Shown: piece after piece, positions 8,457-17,240 of the stretch
How the letters are laid out: each line of letters opens with the position of its first letter
Position numbering within the stretch: position 1 is the stretch's first letter
IMG/VR virus record: IMGVR_UViG_2585427971_000007
Span: 1 to 22,176 of that record
DNA length: 22,176 nucleotides
Reading direction: 5' to 3' (one strand)
DNA from: a virus
Taxonomy: Duplodnaviria; Heunggongvirae; Uroviricota; Caudoviricetes
Notes under the pieces: model-generated
Told to the model about the DNA's origin: nothing
The model's database searches: none
Seen by the model: only the letters and a program-made list of their open reading frames with translations
Translations under genes and position numbers: made by a program

Positions 8457-8597
8457 ACATCCTCCCGTTACTTGATAGACCCATAGCCTTCCAGAGAAGT
8501 TTTATCCGTCTTGAAATGGTGATGCGCCGCGCGATAAATGCACTCTATCTTGTGCGATAAATGGCATCCACGCGGCGTTTCATTATTTGAAAAAGAA

Positions 8598-9170
8598 TTA
8601 CATTTCAGGTTGCGTTATGACAGTCCCAACAGGGTGATAGCGGTAGATCGTTGACAGTCCAATATCATAGATAATTGCCAGCCGCTTTCTGTCATACCCT
8701 TTCTGGAGCAATCTTGCGATCTGCTCATGCTGCTCCTTCGTCAGTTTCGGGCGACGTCCTCCAACTCTTCCTTGTGCTCGCGCAGCAGCCAGTCCTGCCA
8801 GCGTGCGCTCAACTATCAGTTCACGCTCCATTTCTGCCAGTGCACCCATCATATGAAAAAAGAACCTTCCCATCGGAGTGCTGGTATCGATTGAATCCGT
8901 CAGACTGCGAAAATTGACACCTTTTGCGCGTAGCTCTTCTGTGAGAGCAATGAGGTGTTTCATTCTTCTACCCAACCGATCCAGCTTCCAGACCACCAAT
9001 GTATCCCCTCTTTTAAGGCACTTTAAAGCGCGTTTCAGGCCTGGTCGTTCCGACTTGGTTCCGCTCATTTTGTCCTCAAAAATCTGTTCACATCCTGCGC
9101 ACATTAATGCATTGCGTTGCAAATCTGTGTTTTGGTCATTTGTTGACACACGTATGTAGCCAATCAGCAT
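8598..9170 (-). CDS. Serine DNA invertase, Pin/Gin/Hin/Cin family (190 aa)
   Basis: N-terminus MLIGYIRVSTNDQNTDLQRNAL with catalytic Ser and a C-terminal HTH; AAGGGAG RBS; lies adjacent to the invertible fibre segment; start set at the internal ATG at 9170 rather than the longer ORF to 9299. Confidence 0.92.
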   Translation of the reverse strand: MLIGYIRVSTNDQNTDLQRNALMCAGCEQIFEDKMSGTKSERPGLKRALKCLKRGDTLVVWKLDRLGRRMKHLIALTEELRAKGVNFRSLTDSIDTSTPMGRFFFHMMGALAEMERELIVERTLAGLAAARAQGRVGGRRPKLTKEQHEQIARLLQKGYDRKRLAIIYDIGLSTIYRYHPVGTVITQPEM

Positions 9171-9226
9171 TAAAAATACTCCCTTTTGAGTGGTTAAAGT
9201 ACTGAGATAATGTGGGGAGGATTTGA

Positions 9227-9252
9227 GAGATAAACGTTGGTTTGGGGGAAGG
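9227..9252. promoter_or_regulatory. Putative invertase crossover site, left (gix/hix-like)
   Basis: Junction where inverted-repeat identity begins; reverse complement reads tcccccAAACCAAcgtttatctctc, resembling Din-family sites (AAACC..GGTTT). Confidence 0.5.
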
Positions 9253-9436
9253 CTCTGCACTGCCTGTTGGTGTGCCTGTTCCATGGCCCACCGCCACACC
9301 GCCAGCAGGCTGGTTAAAGTGCGACGGGCGCGCCTTTACAAAAGAACAATATCCTGTTCTGGCCAGAGTCTACCCGACCCTCCGTCTTCCCGATTTACGC
9401 GGTGAGTTTATCCGTGGATGGGACGACGGGCGCAAG
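9237..9436. repeat. Inverted repeat, left copy (~200 bp, 3 mismatches in the first 50 bp, otherwise identical) encoding the shared part of the fibre C-terminus
   Basis: Direct comparison with the reverse complement of 10656-10852. Confidence 0.9.
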
Positions 9437-9715
9437 ATTGACGAGGGGCGTAAGTTGCTTTCATGGCAGAAAGGTACACTGGTCGGCGGTCATGACGATA
9501 ACGATTCTTCGCTTGATATCTCGTACATGAGTAACGGAAATAATATTGACTATGGCGGCGATAAGGTGTTTGCGGGGAATTACCGTAGCGATTATTTGTG
9601 GTACGTAATTCTGGGAGGAACAAACAGTCGCGCAAAAGCCGAATTAAACGGAGCATTCTTTAACATAACCCGCCCCCGCAATATCGCGTTTAACTATATC
9701 GTGAGGGCGGCGTGA
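9242..9715 (+). CDS. Alternative tail-fibre C-terminal cassette (promoterless, silent in this orientation)
   Basis: First ~62 aa identical to the corresponding part of the expressed fibre (GEGSALPVGVPVPWPTATPPAGWLKCDGRAF...), then divergent; ends with the conserved NYIVRA motif; opposite strand to the fibre. Confidence 0.8.
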   Translation: MGEGSALPVGVPVPWPTATPPAGWLKCDGRAFTKEQYPVLARVYPTLRLPDLRGEFIRGWDDGRKIDEGRKLLSWQKGTLVGGHDDNDSSLDISYMSNGNNIDYGGDKVFAGNYRSDYLWYVILGGTNSRAKAELNGAFFNITRPRNIAFNYIVRAA

Positions 9716-9721
9716 TACCGT

Positions 9722-10336
9722 TCAACTGGCAAGTGCCAGTGGCGCTTCCGGCCAGCTGATTTCAGGTGCCGTGCTGATATCCAGTGCGTTCAGCTCGTCG
9801 ATATAATCCAGCACGGCGTTCAGTTTTGCCGTTTCTTCTGGTGTCAGACTGCGACCAGCACGCAGTTTGAGGTTGATAAGATCGACTGACGCCATCGCCT
9901 GTTTCACCCGTTGCTGGCGTTGCTGTCTGGCAACCTCCAGTTCTGCGGCTCGCTGCCGTTCAGTATCGGTTACCCACGCCTCACCGTTCCAGGTATCCCA
10001 TGGCGTGGCTGGCTGTTTTGTGGTGGTGTCCGCCGGGTAATCACCCGGTTGGGTAATCAGAACAGGGTTACCGTTCTCCGTGCTGTATACCGTCTCGCCG
10101 CGGTGATCAGGCACATGCTCCCACCCGTTCAGCGTGGCAGTCCGGCAAACCACGTAACCCGAAATTGCCTCCGGCGGTGCATCGGCGCACGAATGTGCCG
10201 GAGTACCCACCCCAAGGGCGAGATACTCCACAGAGGATGAGGTGTATTCCCGGGTTTCCTCGTCATAGTGATATACAGTGATATCGCCCGCTACAGTGGC
10301 GATACCGTTTTCATCCAGAACTGCAGTGTTACTCAT
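9722..10336 (-). CDS. Tail fibre assembly protein (P2 gpG / Mu U-like)
   Basis: 204-aa ORF whose start overlaps the fibre stop (TAATG); position and composition typical of assembly chaperones. Confidence 0.8.
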   Translation of the reverse strand: MSNTAVLDENGIATVAGDITVYHYDEETREYTSSSVEYLALGVGTPAHSCADAPPEAISGYVVCRTATLNGWEHVPDHRGETVYSTENGNPVLITQPGDYPADTTTKQPATPWDTWNGEAWVTDTERQRAAELEVARQQRQQRVKQAMASVDLINLKLRAGRSLTPEETAKLNAVLDYIDELNALDISTAPEISWPEAPLALAS

Positions 10337-12345
10337 TAAACTGCCCTCACAATGTAATTAAGTGCAATGCTACGGGGTCTGACAGTGATACCCTTCGCAT
10401 ACCCGCTTCTGATAGAGGTCAGAATAGTAGCCTGCATACCATTGTCTGACATTGCCACGACAGGATCGCTGAATGTTGTCCCGTCCGGCATTTTAAAGCT
10501 GCCCTCACGAAGGTCTGTAATGGAATCTTCATTGTTGAATCCCATGCCGACTATCCCCGAGGTTCCCGTAGTGTCCTGGTTATAATAATCCAGCATTGCT
10601 GTTCTTAACAGCGTTGCCCCTTGTGCGGACAGCAACTTACGTCCTGTATCAACTTTGCGCCCGTCGTCCCATCCACGGATAAACTCACCGCGTAAATCGG
10701 GAAGACGGAGGGTCGGGTAGACTCTGGCCAGAACAGGATATTGTTCTTTTGTAAAGGCGCGCCCGTCGCACTTTAACCAGCCTGCTGGCGGTGTGGCGGT
10801 GGGCCATGGAACCGGTACACCAACAGGCAATGCAGAGCCTTCCCCCAAACCAAGGTAATTGAGGACATCTTTTATACTGCCCTTAGCGATAATAGCGCGA
10901 CCAATAGCTGTAAGGGTTGCCAGCGCTGCGCGGTCTGCTCCGGTAAAATAAGGCAACCGATCTGCTGCAGTGGCAAGTCCTGCCAGAGCAGTGAGCGTGG
11001 CATCTGCCGGTTGTTTTCCGTTTGCCAGATCGTATGCAGCCTTGACCGCTTTCGGTGTGGCGGCCAGTATTTCAGACGTGCTGTTGATAGCACTGCTCAG
11101 TTGTACGGTGCCTTTTGCCGTCAGCGAGGCAGCAGGCACTCCCGTTATCTGACTCCACGGGTGAGTGTGGCTGACGGGCGCCTTGCCGGCTGCAAGGTCG
11201 TATGCAGCCTTGACCGCCTTCGGCGTGGCAGCCTCAATTTCTGATTGACTGTCCGTGGCGCTGCTCAGTTGTACGGTGCCTTTTGCCGTCAGTGAAGCCG
11301 CAGGCACTCCCGTTATCTGACTCCACGGGTGAGTGTGGCTGGCAGGCGCCTTGCCGGCTGCCAGGTCGTATGCAGCCTTGACCGCTTTCGGTGTGGCGGC
11401 CAGTATTTCAGACGTGCTGTTGATGGCACTGCTCAGTTGTACGGTGCCTTTTGCCGTCAGCGAGGCAGCTGGCACTCCCGTTATCTGACTCCACGGGTGA
11501 GTGTGGCTGACGGGCGCCTTGCCGGCTGCAAGGTCGTATGCAGCCTTGACCGCCTTCGGCGTGGCAGCCTCAATTTCTGATTGACTGTCCGTGGCGCTGC
11601 TCAGTTGTACGGTGCCTTTTGCCGTCAGTGAAGCCGCAGGCACTCCCGTTATCTGACTCCACGGGTGAGTGTGGCTGGCAGGCGCCTTGCCGGCTGCCAG
11701 GTCGTATGCAGCCTTGACCGCTTTCGGTGTGGCGGCCAGTATTTCAGACGTGCTGTTGATGGCACTGCTCAGTTGTACGGTGCCTTTTGCCGTCAGCGAG
11801 GCAGCTGGCACTCCCGTTATCTGACTCCACGGGTGAGTGTGGCTGACGGGCGCCTTGCCGGCTGCAAGGTCGTATGCAGCCTTGACCGCCTTCGGCGTGG
11901 CAGCCTCAGTTTCTGATTGACTGTCCGTGGCGCTGCTCAGTTGTACGGTGCCTTTTGCCGTCAGTGAAGCCGCAGGCACTCCCGTTATCTGACTCCACGG
12001 GTGAGTGTGGCTGGCAGGCGCCTTGCCGGCTGCCAGGTCGTATGCAGCCTTGACCGCTTTTGGTGTGGCGGCCAGCGTTTCAGAGGTGCTGTTGGTGGCA
12101 CTGCTCAGTTGGGTGAACCCCTTAGCTGTCAGTGTCGCGTCCGGGTGGTTACGGGAACGTACGTGTTCAGCCAGTGACTGTGCGGCTTCCTCCGTTTTCT
12201 TCTTCAGCCATTTCGTCCTGTTTGCCAGTTGCCGGGGGGCTCGATTTGATATCCCGTCTGCACCACCCAGAACCGGATCTGATGTCTCCAGTTGATAGAT
12301 ATTTTCTTCCCACTTTTCTGTTTCATTCAGGTTTCCCATAATCAA
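10336..12345 (-). CDS. Tail fibre protein (P2 gpH-like), C-terminus lying in the invertible segment
   Basis: 669-aa ORF; N-terminus and the motif HPDATLTAKGFTQLSSATNSTSETLAATPKAVKA recalled from P2 gpH-type fibres; internal tandem repeats. Confidence 0.9.
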   Translation of the reverse strand: MIMGNLNETEKWEENIYQLETSDPVLGGADGISNRAPRQLANRTKWLKKKTEEAAQSLAEHVRSRNHPDATLTAKGFTQLSSATNSTSETLAATPKAVKAAYDLAAGKAPASHTHPWSQITGVPAASLTAKGTVQLSSATDSQSETEAATPKAVKAAYDLAAGKAPVSHTHPWSQITGVPAASLTAKGTVQLSSAINSTSEILAATPKAVKAAYDLAAGKAPASHTHPWSQITGVPAASLTAKGTVQLSSATDSQSEIEAATPKAVKAAYDLAAGKAPVSHTHPWSQITGVPAASLTAKGTVQLSSAINSTSEILAATPKAVKAAYDLAAGKAPASHTHPWSQITGVPAASLTAKGTVQLSSATDSQSEIEAATPKAVKAAYDLAAGKAPVSHTHPWSQITGVPAASLTAKGTVQLSSAINSTSEILAATPKAVKAAYDLANGKQPADATLTALAGLATAADRLPYFTGADRAALATLTAIGRAIIAKGSIKDVLNYLGLGEGSALPVGVPVPWPTATPPAGWLKCDGRAFTKEQYPVLARVYPTLRLPDLRGEFIRGWDDGRKVDTGRKLLSAQGATLLRTAMLDYYNQDTTGTSGIVGMGFNNEDSITDLREGSFKMPDGTTFSDPVVAMSDNGMQATILTSIRSGYAKGITVRPRSIALNYIVRAV
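10656..10852. repeat. Inverted repeat, right copy (partner of 9237-9436)
   Basis: Reverse complement matches 9237-9436. Confidence 0.9.
10841..10866. promoter_or_regulatory. Putative invertase crossover site, right (gix/hix-like)
   Basis: tcccccAAACCAAGGTaattgagga at the boundary between the constant fibre region and the inverted repeat. Confidence 0.5.
11010..12140. repeat. Tandem array inside the fibre gene: ~6.7 copies of a 168-bp (56-aa) unit in two alternating variants (336-bp super-period)
   Basis: Protein repeats ASLTAKGTVQLSSA..ATPKAVKAAYDLAAGKAP(A/V)SHTHPWSQITGVP; plus-strand shadow ORFs recur every 336 bp with identical sequence. Confidence 0.9.
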
Positions 12346-12920
12346 CTGCTCCCGTGGTTATAACTGCCATCATGGATGGCGGTATTGTTATAGCGAATGG
12401 CCACAGACTGATACTCCAGGCTGGCCAGATGGCAGCGGGCCGGTGCAAATGCAGCCAGCGTCTGACGCAGCATCGCGGCCTGATCGTTAGTAATGGGCTG
12501 TTTCAGAATAACGCGATAAACTGCCCAGGCGGCTGCATCTCCATGAACAAACAGTCCGTTATAGCTGCGATTGCCGTCGTAACTGAGACGACCTGTGCCT
12601 TCAATCAGATCCACTTCACCAAAGCCAAAACGGCGGATAACTTCCCGGATTGACCACGGCGTCCCTTTATACCGGTGCAGTTCGATGGCTGCTTTTATAA
12701 GCATGCGGCGAACATCGTCCGATTCCGCCAGCTCCCAGCCATCGCCAGACAGTGAGAACTGCTCGCCCAGCCATGGCAGCGCAGAACTGTCGACGATATC
12801 GACGAGAAAGACCATCAGTACGCTCAGGTCGATGTTATCCAGCCGTCCTGCCAGTCTTCCCAGCGTCCTGAGACTGATATCACCCTCAAGCGGTGGCGGG
12901 AGTTGTAATGGCTCAGTCAT
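12342..12920 (-). CDS. Baseplate/tail protein, P2 gpI-like
   Basis: 192-aa ORF overlapping the fibre start; motif LPWLGEQFSL...KGTPWSIREVIRRFG; synteny V-W-J-I-H-G. Confidence 0.8.
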   Translation of the reverse strand: MTEPLQLPPPLEGDISLRTLGRLAGRLDNIDLSVLMVFLVDIVDSSALPWLGEQFSLSGDGWELAESDDVRRMLIKAAIELHRYKGTPWSIREVIRRFGFGEVDLIEGTGRLSYDGNRSYNGLFVHGDAAAWAVYRVILKQPITNDQAAMLRQTLAAFAPARCHLASLEYQSVAIRYNNTAIHDGSYNHGSS

Positions 12921-14016
12921 CAGACACTCCAGTCATGTTAAGAGTGATTGCCGTACAGTTTGCCCATTCGTTTTCTGCCACCACCCTCAGTGCCGGTGTC
13001 ACCAGTTCAACCTGGTACACCCCGGAAACGGACAATGCACTGATAATCTGGCTGGGGACAATATCACGCCCCAGCGTGGCGGCACGTGATGCCACCCAGT
13101 TCTGTATGGCGCTGTTAGCGGCATCTTTTACAGACCTGGCATCCTGATCACGATAGATCGTAATCCTGGCTTCAATGGTGTAATCCACCTTCACTGGTGT
13201 TTTAGCCCGCACTGTATCAGTGAGTGGCCTGACTTTCTCATCAGAGCAGAAACTCTCTACCAGCGTGAGAACACCGCCGTCCGGCAGACCGGTACTGAGC
13301 AGCGGATACAGATCTACGGTCCCGGGAACCGGGGAAAGCACAGCAACATCGACAATGTTGGGATGGGCCTGCATGGCATGAAAGCGGTATGCGCCACGGC
13401 TTCCGGCATTGGTGAATGACTCCGGGGCCAGCCTGATACGCTCCCGGAGCCTGTCATCGTCTTCCTGTTCTGAACCGCCGGAACTGGCCGTCAGATTGCT
13501 CACCAGCAGGTCGACGTTATCAATCTCATCGAGTAACTGACTGACCTGCGCAGGTTGCCAGCCGTTACCAGCGGTACCGGGTTCGGTACAGGTGGACGTG
13601 ACATTGACCAGCAGCAATCCGGCCTTCAGTACCACATCTGTATCGGTGGCAAAAATAACGCTGTCGGAAGCGCTGACGCGGGTGCCTGCCGGGATCAGCA
13701 CATCAATGGCCAGTGCCTCATCTACGGAGAACTGGAGCGTGGTGGTGGCAGGCTGCGCGGCAAGACGGTATACACCAACCAGTTCACCGAGGTAATCAAT
13801 CATCGGCTCACGGGCAAAGGCGACCAGATTCTGCTTTGCTGCCTCCTGTACCGCAACCCTGACCAGCATTTCGCGATAGGCCCACAGATCAATCAGCAGA
13901 CGTTCTGCCTGTGCCGGGTACAGCGTTTTGCCGGTATCCGCTTCATACTTCGCAATCATTTCTGCCGTGATTTTGTCGGCATCGCGTTCAATAAAATCGG
14001 GTTCTGTCAGCGCCAT
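12913..14016 (-). CDS. Baseplate protein, P2 gpJ-like
   Basis: 367-aa ORF between the gpW-like and gpI-like genes with overlapping start/stop. Confidence 0.8.
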   Translation of the reverse strand: MALTEPDFIERDADKITAEMIAKYEADTGKTLYPAQAERLLIDLWAYREMLVRVAVQEAAKQNLVAFAREPMIDYLGELVGVYRLAAQPATTTLQFSVDEALAIDVLIPAGTRVSASDSVIFATDTDVVLKAGLLLVNVTSTCTEPGTAGNGWQPAQVSQLLDEIDNVDLLVSNLTASSGGSEQEDDDRLRERIRLAPESFTNAGSRGAYRFHAMQAHPNIVDVAVLSPVPGTVDLYPLLSTGLPDGGVLTLVESFCSDEKVRPLTDTVRAKTPVKVDYTIEARITIYRDQDARSVKDAANSAIQNWVASRAATLGRDIVPSQIISALSVSGVYQVELVTPALRVVAENEWANCTAITLNMTGVSDD

Positions 14017-14354
14017 AGCAGCTCCTGAGTCCGGGTCTGTCCGTCTGAGCCTTTCCAGCTCACCCGGAGCGTAAGATGTTCGCCGTCGACGGCGGGTTTA
14101 ACTGACATAAGCTGGCAGCGGGGCTCCCAGCGCCGGATGGCATCGACGGATTCGCGCACCACATGCGGAATGGCCCGGTCTACAGGCCAGTCGATATAAA
14201 GATGCAGATTGCTGCCGAACTCCGGGCGATGCGGGTCGCTGCCGCGGGGAGTCCGCAGGATAATTTGAATCGCCTGCCGGATATCATCCAGCCCCCGGAC
14301 AATTTCGCCGGGAGCCTGCAGGGCTGGTTGCCAGAATACTGAGGTCGTTTTCAT
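14007..14354 (-). CDS. Baseplate wedge protein, P2 gpW / T4 gp25-like
   Basis: 115-aa ORF with motif RGSDPHRPEFGSNL...AIRRWEPR. Confidence 0.8.
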   Translation of the reverse strand: MKTTSVFWQPALQAPGEIVRGLDDIRQAIQIILRTPRGSDPHRPEFGSNLHLYIDWPVDRAIPHVVRESVDAIRRWEPRCQLMSVKPAVDGEHLTLRVSWKGSDGQTRTQELLWR

Positions 14355-14408
14355 GGGGGCAGTATTGCCCCCGTGCGGGAACGCTGATATTAAAGGCGTT
14401 TAAGAAGC

Positions 14409-15005
14409 TCAGTGGGAGTGGTGGCTGGAGTTTTCGCCATCAGACAGCATACTGCCCGTGGCATGGGCATTCCCTTTAATCTCGATATTGCCATGGATGG
14501 TCGCGGTAACACCTTTACCACCAGAACCCGCCATGCCTCCTTCGTAAATCAGCTTTCCCCTGACACGCAGATCTCCGGTAAGTTCGGTTTCCGGTGCGTC
14601 AATCGTGGCTTTCTGTGTTTTCAATACCACATCAGCACCACACTCAATGACAATATGCTCAATGCCGCCCCGGATGGTCAGAGTGTGCGTCTTCCGGTTG
14701 TAGCTGTACTCTGCACCATCAGCAAACCGGGTTCCCCGGATATTTTTGTCACTGAACGGTGGTTTATCGACGTCTGAATACACCGCGCCCAGAATAACAC
14801 CATCCTCGCCGTTGGCATCGAGCAGCACCTCAACCTGCTCCCCCACGTCAGGGAGCCAGTAATCTTTGTTATCCTGGGTATTACGCTGCAGCACGTTAAG
14901 CCAGTTTGTGCGCAGGTTATCGCATTCAGGCAGACGAACGCGGGCCTGAACCCTGTCGGCATCAACGGCACTGACCGTACCGACCTGACGAGTGACACCA
15001 GTCAT
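14409..15005 (-). CDS. Baseplate spike protein, P2 gpV-like
   Basis: 198-aa ORF with His-rich C-terminal tip (SSHHSH); position upstream of the gpW-like gene. Confidence 0.8.
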   Translation of the reverse strand: MTGVTRQVGTVSAVDADRVQARVRLPECDNLRTNWLNVLQRNTQDNKDYWLPDVGEQVEVLLDANGEDGVILGAVYSDVDKPPFSDKNIRGTRFADGAEYSYNRKTHTLTIRGGIEHIVIECGADVVLKTQKATIDAPETELTGDLRVRGKLIYEGGMAGSGGKGVTATIHGNIEIKGNAHATGSMLSDGENSSHHSH

Positions 15006-16156
15006 TTTTTCTTCTCCTTAATCACCGTCGATGTACTGCCATCCGGGTGATAAACCGTGAGTTTCTGAGTTTTTTGTTTTTTCCCTCTTGTGACTGGCCC
15101 CCGTGCCACTTCCAGCTCTGTGGTGTAGCCGCTGTTACGGTCAAACGCATGGCGGGCAGTGGTTATGAGCCATGGCCCGGATAACTGCCCAAAACCCACC
15201 AGTTCAATTTTGTTGCCTGCTGTCAGTTGAGGTGTTCCCGTCAGCGTCAGGGAGCCGTTCTGCTGGTATTCGTTATGTCTGGCCAGTGCTGAATCCGCTT
15301 TAATCCGGGCACTGTCCGGGTCGCTGACGCGGCTGTTAACTTTAAGTGAGTCAGCGCTGGTAACCTTACCACCTTTGAGCTTTTTGTCGCTTTCACGGGT
15401 ACCACCATCAGCTTCGTAGACGATCAGTTTTTTACTGCTGCTTTTCTGGTGTTTTACCTTTGCAGATTTATAGACCCGGTTGATGGTGTCACGCAGGGAA
15501 AAGCGGGCCACATCCTGCGGTTTTAACTGCCTGACCGTCTCCTGACTGCGCAGTGTGGCCAGATGAGAAAAAATCAGCTGGTCACTGACCACTTTCACTG
15601 CATAACCATACTCGCTGGCCAGCCGGCGCAGAAAACCCACGTCGGTTTCAGCATACTGGGTCACCCGGTCGATTCTGATGGACTCAATGCTGCCCACCAG
15701 TTTCAGCCGGTGCTTTCTGGCAATCCGCCCCGCAACAGCTGCCAGCGTGGTGTTCTCAAAACCACGGCTGGATTTAGTCCGCAGAGCACTGTTAACCGAG
15801 GTGGCCACCCCACGGATAGAAACAACGGAAGCGGGCGAACTCACTTCGATCTCGTCTATAGAGAACGTACCGCAGGACAGCAGCTTCTCGCCCTGATAGC
15901 CCATTTTCAGCGTCAGCGTGTCACCCTTGCCCGGATACCACTTATCCAGCCAGCGGCCATCGGTGTCGTCCAGCTCCACCTCAATGGTATCGGACTCATT
16001 TTTGATGTTATCGCTCCAGGTCACACGGGTGACATAAGGCGCGATATCAGAGGTGATGTTTTTCTGCAGATACCACAGAGTGAACACCGGTGTCAGCACA
16101 TCGCTGACGCCGGTTAACGCTGATGTGACTTGCGCAGTGCTGTTTATCTCAGCCAT
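15002..16156 (-). CDS. Tail protein, P2 gpD-like (late control D family)
   Basis: 384-aa ORF, size and position consistent with gpD. Confidence 0.75.
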   Translation of the reverse strand: MAEINSTAQVTSALTGVSDVLTPVFTLWYLQKNITSDIAPYVTRVTWSDNIKNESDTIEVELDDTDGRWLDKWYPGKGDTLTLKMGYQGEKLLSCGTFSIDEIEVSSPASVVSIRGVATSVNSALRTKSSRGFENTTLAAVAGRIARKHRLKLVGSIESIRIDRVTQYAETDVGFLRRLASEYGYAVKVVSDQLIFSHLATLRSQETVRQLKPQDVARFSLRDTINRVYKSAKVKHQKSSSKKLIVYEADGGTRESDKKLKGGKVTSADSLKVNSRVSDPDSARIKADSALARHNEYQQNGSLTLTGTPQLTAGNKIELVGFGQLSGPWLITTARHAFDRNSGYTTELEVARGPVTRGKKQKTQKLTVYHPDGSTSTVIKEKKK

Positions 16157-16359
16157 GGGGCAATATCCTCTTCTGTACGGGCTTCTTCAGTCTCAATCAC
16201 CGGGATCAGTAACAACAGCCCGGAGGGCAGCACCGGCGTGATGGCCACGTGCGGATTGGCGGCAATAATCCGGGGATAGCCCAGCGGGTCACCGTAGTAC
16301 TGCCATGCCAGCGAATCCCAGCGCTCTCCGTCACGGGTAACATGTTCAAGAAACATCAC
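16144..16359 (-). CDS. Tail protein X-like (LysM-like, P2 gpX)
   Basis: 71-aa ORF with motif DSLAWQYYGDPLGYPRIIAANP. Confidence 0.75.
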   Translation of the reverse strand: MMFLEHVTRDGERWDSLAWQYYGDPLGYPRIIAANPHVAITPVLPSGLLLLIPVIETEEARTEEDIAPWLR

Positions 16360-17240
16360 ACACTCCTCGTCAGTATTCTGGCGGCCATTGCACTTAATCC
16401 CGGAGACATGCGGTTGAATGCTGTGCCGGCGGCGTTAAGCTGCCCGGAAACGGTATCCAGAGCACCTGCAATATTTCTTTTGTCCACACCACTCAGCGCA
16501 GACTGTGCCTGCTGTACATACGTGGCTGCTTCGCTGGCTGTTCTGGCCAGACTGATGGCATCGGGCATGGATTCAGAGAGTGCGTTAAACGCCGGAACAC
16601 TTTTCCCCAGAGCCCCGGAGATATTACCCAGTCCGCTCATCAGCCCCGGCACACGGGTCAGTGCGACAACGGGGTTATCCTTCATTTTCTGTGTCACCCG
16701 AACGGCGCTGATAGTGGTCTGGAGTACAGACTGCGCCTGTTTCGCATAGTTGACGCCGTTGCGGATGAACTGCGCCACCCCTGAAGGTGAAGGAATGGCA
16801 CCGGAGACCGCCCCGACACCCGGGAGCTTCGTGCGTATTGCCGGTGGTTGCAGAGGATTTTTCGGATCACCGGTGTATTCCCGGAGAGACACGGTGGCAC
16901 TGACAGCCAGCACGTTACCGGTGCTGTCTGTCTGCTCGCTGGTTGCGGTCACATCGGTAATCACGAACCAGCCACGATAGTCACCGTTGCCGAAGACCAG
17001 CGCCAGTGCCTGATGGGCTTTCATGGCTGTTCGCAGTCTCGCCAGCTCCACATCGGGTACACAATAATGCTGATGGAAAACCAGAGTTATCTGGATTTCG
17101 TCCAGCCTGTCGCCGACGAACTGCAGGCCAGGCTTACCCCCGATGCGGGCATGCTCCGCATAATCGACGCCGAACGTGGCCTCGAAGCCGTCCCAGTAGG
17201 TAATCAGCTCAAACTCAATATCACCCAGTACGGCAAACAT
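16356..17240 (-). CDS. Tail protein with gpU-like N-terminal domain and C-terminal extension
   Basis: 294-aa ORF between tape measure and gpX/gpD genes; family call tentative. Confidence 0.55.
   Translation of the reverse strand: MFAVLGDIEFELITYWDGFEATFGVDYAEHARIGGKPGLQFVGDRLDEIQITLVFHQHYCVPDVELARLRTAMKAHQALALVFGNGDYRGWFVITDVTATSEQTDSTGNVLAVSATVSLREYTGDPKNPLQPPAIRTKLPGVGAVSGAIPSPSGVAQFIRNGVNYAKQAQSVLQTTISAVRVTQKMKDNPVVALTRVPGLMSGLGNISGALGKSVPAFNALSESMPDAISLARTASEAATYVQQAQSALSGVDKRNIAGALDTVSGQLNAAGTAFNRMSPGLSAMAARILTRSV

Larger units (their letters stand above)
9239..10852. other. Invertible DNA segment (~1.6 kb) carrying two alternative fibre C-terminal cassettes and one assembly gene
   Basis: Bounded by the inverted repeats and crossover-like sites; adjacent invertase gene. 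Confidence 0.8.

Noticed and set aside
8521-8590. Intrinsic terminator between the convergent operons
   Set aside because: The GC stem encloses a ~39-nt loop, so it is not a canonical terminator; kept only as a note in the junction finding.
11010-12140. Possibility that the regularly spaced repeats in the fibre and tape-measure genes are CRISPR arrays
   Set aside because: Units are 168-336 bp and 261 bp, contiguous with no unique spacers, and maintain an open reading frame; they are coding tandem repeats.
9239-12345. Diversity-generating retroelement acting on the fibre
   Set aside because: No reverse transcriptase gene and no template/variable repeat pair with adenine-specific differences; variation is explained by the invertase switch.
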